IMG/VR virus record: IMGVR_UViG_3300032143_000010
Span: 1-30,128 of that record
Strand: one strand, 5' to 3'
DNA from: a virus
Taxonomy: Duplodnaviria > Caudoviricetes
Length of the DNA: 30,128 nt
Position numbers and translations under genes: made by a program. This document shows, piece by piece, positions 22,418 to 29,100 of this stretch. The notes below the pieces were generated by a model. It was not told the DNA's origin and searched no databases. It saw only the letters and a list, made by a program, of their open reading frames with translations. How positions within the stretch are numbered: the first letter of the stretch is position 1; each line of letters opens with the position of its first letter.

Positions 22418-24882
22418 GGGCCGGGGACTGGGGTTGGGGTTGGGATGGGTGCGGAGGCTGGTGCGCTCTGGGGTTCAGCGGGACCGGCTGGCTGGCGCTG
22501 CTGGAGTTGGACCGGAGCGCCCATGCTTTGCAAAATCTGCGCGAGTTGCTGGACATCGGCCGTGTTCTTGGCGACCTCGTCGAGCAGCGGTTTCAACTCG
22601 TTCGGCAGTTCCTTGTGAATCACGATGTCCACGATCTGCTGCAACTGCTGAATGGCTTCCGCCTTCTTTTGCTCCTCGCTTGCTCCCGGGGCAATGTTCC
22701 GCAGCTTGAAGTCTCTCGGGCAGTCAGCGAGGCGCGCGATGTAGTTCGTGATTTCGAGGGCCTGGTCTGGACCGATAGCCTGCGCTGTCATCGGGTTTGC
22801 AAGGAGGGGCTGGAGCAACTGGGCCATCGCCACCGCCGCCTTGGTGTTGGAGACTCGACTTTCGGTGTCACGACTCGAAGCGAACTCCCACAGGTCAATC
22901 GCGGTTCTGTCCTTCTTGACCCGGTATGTGCGATGCCGGTCGAGTGGAGTAACCAAGTCGGGTTTGTCAACGACCGTGAATCCCATCAGTTCCAGAGTCG
23001 CAAGAGACAGCGGGATGTCAGACGGAAGATGGACATAAAAGTCCTCGTCTCCGTTTGCCATGAGAGCCTCGTATGCCTGTCGTTTCCACGCATCGTGATG
23101 AATTTTCACCGGGATGCTCGTAAAGGAAAGCCGCGTGGAACTGCTTGTGGAGATGTCGCGCGCTTCGTCGGCTCTCAGTTCGTGCGTCGCCGCCTGGGCA
23201 ATCTCCGAACTTGAAAGCACGAGAATCCGCTGGAGGAGGTCGAGCACAGTCCGCAGGCACGCAATCAGTTCTGCGACGTTTCCCTTCGGGATGTTGAAGG
23301 ACTGGATCACGTCCGAAACCCGGTTCTGGCCGCGGAAAGCTTTCTTGGCCGAAAAGCCCAAAGCGTGCAAGCCGACATAGGTGTCCGGCCCCATCTTCTT
23401 GATGTAGTTGTACGTATCTTCGTCCAACTGGTCCTTGTCAAAGAGCGCGAAGTTGACGAGGTTCTGCTTCGCCGTAATTATCATCTGCGTCAGGATGTTG
23501 GTGACGATATGCTCGAACGGCAAGACCTCCATCGAGAGGCTGGTGTTCTTCGCCCGGCTTTCGTCGGCATCATAGCCCAGATACAGGATTGGATCGTACG
23601 GAACCGGACTGGCATACATGATGGTGGCGCCATCACCGGCCAACACGAATCGAAACCACACGGGATGAGGATATGTCCCCAATCCGTTGTCCTTGGGAAC
23701 AAACCGTTCCCAGTGCTCCGTCACCAGAACTCCGGCGTCCATCCGGTTTGTCCCGTAGTACTGCGTGGCAATCTGCTTCTCCCGATCACTGCTGCTGATC
23801 CCCACGCCAATCTCAGCCACCAGCGCGGCGCCTCCGGTGGTGGGTTCGACGGGAGTCTGATAAACTGGAATGGCGAGCTTGCAGGCCGAATAAGCGGTGT
23901 TGAAAAACAGGGTGTTCCCCGAGATGAGGTCCGCCGTCCCAAATGAAACAGCGCCCTTGTTCCAATAGTCACCATTGCAGATGTCGCTGTACCGGCAGAT
24001 GCGCCAGTAGCCCGCGAACTCACAACCCGTTCCGTAGTTGTAGGTGTCCTTCCCGTGCGCCATGTCCCAGTACATGCGGGTCGGATGCGGGAGATGATAG
24101 CGCAAACCCTCGGCGGTGGTGGTCGTGATTTCTTCGCCCACGCTCGCCGGCTCTCCCTTGGAGTTTTTTCGTTTGAGGGCCACGTCCGATTCGTCTGCGG
24201 ATTTCAGTTGCTCGACCTTCCACCATTCTTCCTTGGGAAACTGCAAGCAGTAAGAATAGTGCAACATCTTGAGGATTGCCTGCTTCGCCATGTCGAACCA
24301 GCCGCACTGATTGGCCATCAGCCGGACACGATCCGTAATCACCTCGGACTTGACTCGCAGAGGGGTCGTCTGTTTGATCGGTTCGTACTTGAAGAAGTAT
24401 TCCTGCAAGTCCGAGACGATCTTCGCCCAGCGAATGATGACCACGGAGCGCACAAGGGGAACGAGCGCCTCGATGAACGCCGGAAGATTCACCCGTCTTT
24501 TGACGACCTTGCCCTCCTTGTCCTTCTCCTCCGTCACGTAGTCGGTCAGACCCCAGCTTTTGAACTGGTTGTAAACGGCTTCCTCGGTCGGGTTGCTGTT
24601 CTTCAGTGAAAGGAGGAGCGCAGGGGTGATTTGCGAGAATGGCTGGTCCCAGACTTGATCGAGCACGTAGAAGGGTTTGTAGTCGGCGAAGTTGCGGGAC
24701 ATCCCCTCCTGGATTCTTGAACGAATCCGCTGGTGCATTGCCGCCCGCTTCTCGGCGGAGGACTTTTCCTCCCCGGTCAGTTCCGTCCCCGCGGAGGTCC
24801 AAAACTTCGGGTCGCCCGCCAGCCATCGTTTGAGATTGTCACTGGTCAAACCATGAGATTGTAAAATATCGAGGTCAATCAC
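22414..24882 (-). CDS. Probable portal protein
   Basis: 822 aa from GTG. Helical N-terminus, beta-rich middle, stem helix EHIVTNILTQMIITAKQNL, Gln/Pro-rich C-terminal tail. Lies between terminase and scaffold. Confidence 0.7.
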   Translation of the reverse strand: MIDLDILQSHGLTSDNLKRWLAGDPKFWTSAGTELTGEEKSSAEKRAAMHQRIRSRIQEGMSRNFADYKPFYVLDQVWDQPFSQITPALLLSLKNSNPTEEAVYNQFKSWGLTDYVTEEKDKEGKVVKRRVNLPAFIEALVPLVRSVVIIRWAKIVSDLQEYFFKYEPIKQTTPLRVKSEVITDRVRLMANQCGWFDMAKQAILKMLHYSYCLQFPKEEWWKVEQLKSADESDVALKRKNSKGEPASVGEEITTTTAEGLRYHLPHPTRMYWDMAHGKDTYNYGTGCEFAGYWRICRYSDICNGDYWNKGAVSFGTADLISGNTLFFNTAYSACKLAIPVYQTPVEPTTGGAALVAEIGVGISSSDREKQIATQYYGTNRMDAGVLVTEHWERFVPKDNGLGTYPHPVWFRFVLAGDGATIMYASPVPYDPILYLGYDADESRAKNTSLSMEVLPFEHIVTNILTQMIITAKQNLVNFALFDKDQLDEDTYNYIKKMGPDTYVGLHALGFSAKKAFRGQNRVSDVIQSFNIPKGNVAELIACLRTVLDLLQRILVLSSSEIAQAATHELRADEARDISTSSSTRLSFTSIPVKIHHDAWKRQAYEALMANGDEDFYVHLPSDIPLSLATLELMGFTVVDKPDLVTPLDRHRTYRVKKDRTAIDLWEFASSRDTESRVSNTKAAVAMAQLLQPLLANPMTAQAIGPDQALEITNYIARLADCPRDFKLRNIAPGASEEQKKAEAIQQLQQIVDIVIHKELPNELKPLLDEVAKNTADVQQLAQILQSMGAPVQLQQRQPAGPAEPQSAPASAPIPTPTPVPGP

Positions 24883-24886
24883 GCGG

Positions 24887-25132
24887 TTATGCTTCCTCTC
24901 GTGTCAGGTACTCCCGCGGCGTCATCTTTTTAATGGGCGTCTTGGCGGGAATCGCCTTGGCCTTCGCGAACGTATCCACGGAGCACCTGGCGCCGTCATC
25001 ATCCATCTCCAGCACCTTGCCGGTGCAGGTCAGGGAATCCCCAACCTTGAGTTGGTCGTACTTGGGATGCCCCTTGGAAATCGTGAATCCGATTGCCAGC
25101 GGGGCGGTTGCGTCAGATGTTGGCTCTGCCAT
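24887..25132 (-). CDS. Small hypothetical protein, first gene of the head operon
   Basis: 81 aa, small beta-barrel-like LKVGDSLTCTGKVLEMDDDGARCSVD, preceded by the promoter motif. Confidence 0.65.
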   Translation of the reverse strand: MAEPTSDATAPLAIGFTISKGHPKYDQLKVGDSLTCTGKVLEMDDDGARCSVDTFAKAKAIPAKTPIKKMTPREYLTREEA

Positions 25133-25167
25133 GAGCCGCTTTTACCCTTGCATTTCATGGAACGCAA
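25133..25167 (-). promoter_or_regulatory. Putative leaderless promoter TTGCGT-N17-TAAAAG-N6-ATG for the head operon
   Basis: -35 at 25162..25167, -10-like at 25139..25144, ATG at 25132. Confidence 0.55.
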
Positions 25168-25176
25168 CACTATTCT
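25148..25176 (+). promoter_or_regulatory. Sigma70-type promoter TTGCAT-N17-TATTCT for the terminase gene
   Basis: -35 at 25148..25153, -10 at 25171..25176, 40 nt upstream of ATG 25217. Overlaps the divergent promoter. Confidence 0.6.
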
Positions 25177-25216
25177 TTCGAGGTAGCCATGTCCACCAAC
25201 GGTCAGCCCTTCTAAA

Positions 25217-26821
25217 ATGCCGCTCACACCGCAAGGTTTTTGGATTCCTGATCTTTTTGGAAAACAATTCGACGTATTCAACAGCAACGCCCGGGCCTTG
25301 CTCGTGTCAGGCGCCCGTATGGCCGGGAAAAGCGTGGCCACGTTGCACCGGATTGTGCGCCATCTCTGGGAAACCCCCGACGCCCGGGTGGCCGTATTCT
25401 CCCGGATTATGAAAACCTCGAAGGATGCGGGACCATGGAAGAACCTTCAGGAAAACACGATGCCCCAGTGGATCAAATCGGGGATCGGAATGCGGTACAC
25501 GACTCAGAATCGTTACTCGAAGGAGTGGGGAATCATCACCGACGGGCAGACCCGAACCAGCTACTTCAGGGTCACAAATCGCCACGGAGGAGAGAGCACC
25601 TGCCTCCTGTTCAGCCTCGATGACGACGCGGAAGCTGAAATGCGGTTGCGCGAGGTCGAGTTCAGCATGATCTATTTCTCAGAATTATCGAAGTTCACCA
25701 GCCGGGCCGTTCTCAGCTTGGGGCTGCTATGCCTGCGCCGGCCGGGATTGCGTTACGATCAGCAGCAGTGGATTGCCGACACGAATCCGGCAGAGGATAT
25801 GGAAGCCTCGTGGATTTACGAGGTCTGGTACGTCGAACGATGCCAGACCTACGCGGAGTACGTGGAGTCGAAGACGAAACTGGGAATCCAGCCGATGCCA
25901 GAATCTAAATTCACAGAGTTCAAAGCGAAGCTTGGTCTGATCGAGATGTACGCCGAGGACAACCCGCGAATCAGCCCTGAACAACTGAGTGAATTGAAAC
26001 AGGCGTACGACTACGATTCAGAATGGCATCTGCGCTTCGTCAAGGGGATGTGGACTTCTGGAAGCGGGGGCGACACTTCAAGGGTGCTGAGGCGTTACTT
26101 CCGCCCCAACGTCCATCTGGTTGGAAACTGCGAAGACCCAGAGGAAAGTGAGTGGGAAGTTGCCCTGCCCACCCTCAATTGCGTCGAGTTGGTCACTGGT
26201 TGGGACCCGGGCGAGACCAATCACGCCGTCGTCATTCTGGAACGAACGATGATGGACCAGTACATCCCCAGCAAGAAGATCACGGTGAAGCGCAGTTACT
26301 TCACGCTGCTGGAGGAGTGCGTCACGCTCGACGAAGACATTTCCCTGGAAGGCTTCACTCAAATGGTGATGGAGAAGCTTGAAGTTCTGGAGAAGGTGTT
26401 GGGACGCGAGTTGAAACTCGAACGGAACTGGGCTGATCCGTCGGTGTTCAACCGTTACAACGCCACGACTCAGACCTACCCGTATCTCGTCATTCAGAAC
26501 GAGTCTGGAGGACGCATTGAGCTTCAACCGTCAACCTCGGATCGTCACTACGTGGGAATCCGACTTCAGTTGTTGCGACAACTGCTGGCTCAGGAACGCT
26601 TGAAGATTTCGGCTCACTGCGACCACACCATCCGCATGATGAAGAACCTCAAGAAGGGGAAGAACCGCGGAGAGACGATCAATCGCAGCGACACCAACAA
26701 GCATGTGTTCGACGCCTTGACCTACGCGCTGCTCGAAGAATGCAAAGACGAATTGGAGCTTTCTTCATCTTCCAGAGTGGGTCCCAGACCCACCGGAGGC
26801 TTGATAGTGTCAGTCCGGTGA
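25217..26821 (+). CDS. terL: Terminase large subunit
   Basis: Q-motif KQFDVF, Walker A SGARMAGKS, Walker B-like MIYFSE, coupling motif DTNP, DNP, RNase H-like GWDPG, WADPS and KHVFDALTY. Confidence 0.92.
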   Translation: MPLTPQGFWIPDLFGKQFDVFNSNARALLVSGARMAGKSVATLHRIVRHLWETPDARVAVFSRIMKTSKDAGPWKNLQENTMPQWIKSGIGMRYTTQNRYSKEWGIITDGQTRTSYFRVTNRHGGESTCLLFSLDDDAEAEMRLREVEFSMIYFSELSKFTSRAVLSLGLLCLRRPGLRYDQQQWIADTNPAEDMEASWIYEVWYVERCQTYAEYVESKTKLGIQPMPESKFTEFKAKLGLIEMYAEDNPRISPEQLSELKQAYDYDSEWHLRFVKGMWTSGSGGDTSRVLRRYFRPNVHLVGNCEDPEESEWEVALPTLNCVELVTGWDPGETNHAVVILERTMMDQYIPSKKITVKRSYFTLLEECVTLDEDISLEGFTQMVMEKLEVLEKVLGRELKLERNWADPSVFNRYNATTQTYPYLVIQNESGGRIELQPSTSDRHYVGIRLQLLRQLLAQERLKISAHCDHTIRMMKNLKKGKNRGETINRSDTNKHVFDALTYALLEECKDELELSSSSRVGPRPTGGLIVSVR

Positions 26822-27163
26822 CTTCATTCCGTTGAGCACGTCAGCCTGAAGCCGGCCGATCATCCGGCGCTGCTGGGAAGTCAGATTCTTCACGTAGGCT
26901 TTTGATCTCCTCAGCTTCCGGTAGATCGAGGTCTTCGGCTTGCTCAAGTCGAAGCCGCAGGCGGAGCAAAAAGCTGAGATGGTCTTGGCGGTGAAACGAT
27001 CCCAGCGGTCGGTGTTGGAGATTTGGGAGATTCGAGACTCGCTCATTCCTGCCCGTCGTCCAATCTCACGATTTGAAATCGGCGCGCGTCCGTCGTCCAT
27101 TCGGGCTAGCAGACGAATCAGCTTCGGGCCGGTACGATTCAGGTTGTCGAGCCAGTCTGTCAT
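26810..27163 (-). CDS. Helix-turn-helix DNA-binding protein (XRE-like)
   Basis: Start moved to ATG 27163 (ATGA overlap, MTDWLDNL). HTH SNREIGRRAGMSESRISQISN. Its 3' end overlaps terL convergently by 12 nt. Confidence 0.72.
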   Translation of the reverse strand: MTDWLDNLNRTGPKLIRLLARMDDGRAPISNREIGRRAGMSESRISQISNTDRWDRFTAKTISAFCSACGFDLSKPKTSIYRKLRRSKAYVKNLTSQQRRMIGRLQADVLNGMKSPD

Positions 27164-27402
27164 CGCGGCTGGTGTATGCGTTCGGCCATCTTCCGCATCA
27201 TCTCCTGGCTGACTACATACACCGTATTGGTCGCTGTGAAGCTCTGCCCGGCATTGAGTCGCACCAGCCACTCGTCTGCCGGGATCAGCACGATGCGCTC
27301 GGGGGTAACGCAACTGCTTGTCAGCAGCAAGACGCACAGCACCAGCACACCCAGGATCAGCCAGAACCATGATTCATCACGCCAATGGCACAGCGGTTTC
27401 AT
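27160..27402 (-). CDS. Lipoprotein, candidate o-spanin
   Basis: Hydrophobic WFWLILGVLVLCVLLL then lipobox-like LTSS-C, and a ~50-aa mature part. Confidence 0.6.
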   Translation of the reverse strand: MKPLCHWRDESWFWLILGVLVLCVLLLTSSCVTPERIVLIPADEWLVRLNAGQSFTATNTVYVVSQEMMRKMAERIHQPR

Positions 27403-27403
27403 C

Positions 27404-27577
27404 TCAGGTCCTCAGGTCCTTTTGCATCATCTTCTCCAATGCCTTCCCGCCATCGTCCTTGTCCACCGCCGCATCAACTTCAGCCCTGGCCTTGGCCGGC
27501 GCGTCGGCGTCCTTCCGGGCCGCGAGCCGTTGCCAAAGCCAGCCGATGAATGAGAGGATGGACAAGATGGCTTTCAT
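27404..27577 (-). CDS. Small membrane-anchored helical protein, candidate i-spanin (57 aa)
   Basis: Not in the ORF track. MKAILSILSFIGWLWQRLAARKDADAPAKARAEVDAAVDKDDGGKALEKMMQKDLRT, ending 1 nt before the lipoprotein ATG. Confidence 0.6.
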   Translation of the reverse strand: MKAILSILSFIGWLWQRLAARKDADAPAKARAEVDAAVDKDDGGKALEKMMQKDLRT

Positions 27578-27708
27578 ATACCCAATCCCTCAGAACAGGA
27601 ATGACACCTGGCACAATGCCAGCCGTTTCGCCGGTGAAACCAGATGTATCTCCGGTGAAACAGCCGGCACCAGAGCCATTTTTGCATGATGGCCAGGATG
27701 GCTTTCAC
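27574..27708 (-). CDS. Small Cys/His-rich protein (44 aa)
   Basis: Not in the ORF track. GTG 1 nt after the upstream stop, ATGA overlap downstream. MKAILAIMQKWLWCRLFHRRYIWFHRRNGWHCARCHSCSEGLGI. Confidence 0.5.
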   Translation of the reverse strand: MKAILAIMQKWLWCRLFHRRYIWFHRRNGWHCARCHSCSEGLGI

Positions 27709-27709
27709 G

Positions 27710-28279
27710 TCAGAACTTCAGTGTCAATGCCACCCCAACGCGGTAAACCTCGCCGGGGTAAGGCGTCCATTTCTCGCACCCACCCCCGATGCTCAGGTTG
27801 CCCTTCACGCCCCCGCGTTCCCAGTTGAACACCGAGACGCTCACGCCCCCTCCATAAATGCCGCCCACCGATTCGCCATTATCGTTCCCGTTGCTCAGGG
27901 GAAAGATCGCCCCGCCGATGGCAAATGGCGTCACCTCAATCTTGCCGAGAAACGTGAACGGCATTTCCAATGTCACGTCCACACTTGGCGCCCAGAACTC
28001 CGTGGCCATCCAGTCAATGCGCGCTCCGGTCAACCCGCGCACGATGCCCAGGTCTAGCACGGGGTAGAGCACGGCGGCGCACATTCCCCACGGCGCTTTC
28101 TCGCCCTCAACCACAATGTCCGGCGCGTAGCTCGGTGAGAGCACCAGCGTCAGAGATTTATTCGTCTCGACAGCGCGGTTGAAGGAGATGAAGTTATCCC
28201 ACGCCGAGCCGGCGAAGGCCGATACGGTCAGCGCGAGGGCTGCCGCGAGAACTGCGATTTGTTTGATGTGTTTCTTCAT
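27710..28279 (-). CDS. Outer-membrane beta-barrel protein with signal peptide
   Basis: Sec signal MKKHIKQIAVLAAALALTVSAFA, amphipathic Gly/aromatic-rich strands, C-terminal beta-signal YRVGVALTLKF. Confidence 0.75.
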   Translation of the reverse strand: MKKHIKQIAVLAAALALTVSAFAGSAWDNFISFNRAVETNKSLTLVLSPSYAPDIVVEGEKAPWGMCAAVLYPVLDLGIVRGLTGARIDWMATEFWAPSVDVTLEMPFTFLGKIEVTPFAIGGAIFPLSNGNDNGESVGGIYGGGVSVSVFNWERGGVKGNLSIGGGCEKWTPYPGEVYRVGVALTLKF

Positions 28280-28282
28280 GGT

Positions 28283-28492
28283 TTATTTTCCTTTTTTGTT
28301 TGGTTCGTATTGGAGTTGATCGCGGAGCAGGAGCAAATCTTCACGCACACACCGCAAATGTTGCACGGCGTCTGCGACGTAGGCCGATCCCATTTTCACC
28401 CGCTGGTAGCGCGGCAGTTTCAACTGCCGGACCCGTTTCGCCAGCAGCCTCGCGCAGTCTTTCAGCTCGTCAATTTCCGCGAGGGTGTTCAT
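28283..28492 (-). CDS. Small helical hypothetical protein
   Basis: 69 aa, ATGA-coupled to the upstream gene. Confidence 0.55.
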   Translation of the reverse strand: MNTLAEIDELKDCARLLAKRVRQLKLPRYQRVKMGSAYVADAVQHLRCVREDLLLLRDQLQYEPNKKGK

Positions 28493-28776
28493 GTGTTCGG
28501 TGGAGGCGGACTGGGCGGCTTGTTACCCAGATTTTGCGTGTCCCCGTTCCCCTTGCGACTGGCCATGTAGTTCCCGTAGCTGCCGCTCAGGAACGCCAAT
28601 AGGCCGCTGGCACCGCCAATGAACGATGCGGGCAGAATCACTCCCACCCAAACGATCTTCTCCGGCCATGTGCCTGAGTTGGCCCATTGTGCGAGGGACG
28701 ACGACCAGGGCGTGAACGCTCCGATGAAGACGTAGCAGCACCCCTTTGTAACAAGAATGACGGTTTCAAGTTTCAT
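28489..28776 (-). CDS. Holin-like membrane protein
   Basis: 95 aa, two hydrophobic segments (VILVTKGCCYVFIGAFTPW and IVWVGVILPASFIGGASGLLAFLS), hydrophilic tail, AGGA upstream. Confidence 0.55.
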   Translation of the reverse strand: MKLETVILVTKGCCYVFIGAFTPWSSSLAQWANSGTWPEKIVWVGVILPASFIGGASGLLAFLSGSYGNYMASRKGNGDTQNLGNKPPSPPPPNT

Positions 28777-28784
28777 GTTGTCCT

Positions 28785-29096
28785 TTACGGTTTGTCTCCT
28801 CCATTCATGTGTTTCCTCAACAGCGCCATGATCTCGTCAAGTTTTTTGTCGAGACGTTCGCTCCATTCCTTTTCCTGGACTGCCCGGCCCAGCGCCGCGT
28901 CCTTCTCAGTGTACCGTGGCGCGATGTCCTGCCACGCCTTGCTGGCAAGCTGTTGTTTTTGAAGGTCGAATATCTGGCCCGTTACCCAGGTACCCCACGG
29001 GACGACGATGGCGACCAAAACCAGACTGCAAATGGTGGTGATGAGTTGTGCCGCCTTCCAAATAGTTTCCGAGTTGTGATTTGGTTGTTCGCTCAT
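28785..29096 (-). CDS. Single-TM coiled-coil protein (lysis-region/holin-associated)
   Basis: TM LITTICSLVLVAIVVPWGTWV, C-terminal ERLDKKLDEIMALL. Confidence 0.55.
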   Translation of the reverse strand: MSEQPNHNSETIWKAAQLITTICSLVLVAIVVPWGTWVTGQIFDLQKQQLASKAWQDIAPRYTEKDAALGRAVQEKEWSERLDKKLDEIMALLRKHMNGGDKP

Positions 29097-29100
29097 AACT

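Noticed and set aside
26810-27370. 186-aa track version of the HTH ORF, and similarly extended starts at 3125, 8906, 10580, 18711 and 20493
   Set aside because: The extensions overlap upstream genes or RNA structures. Downstream ATGs give coupled or short junctions and start at the domain boundary.
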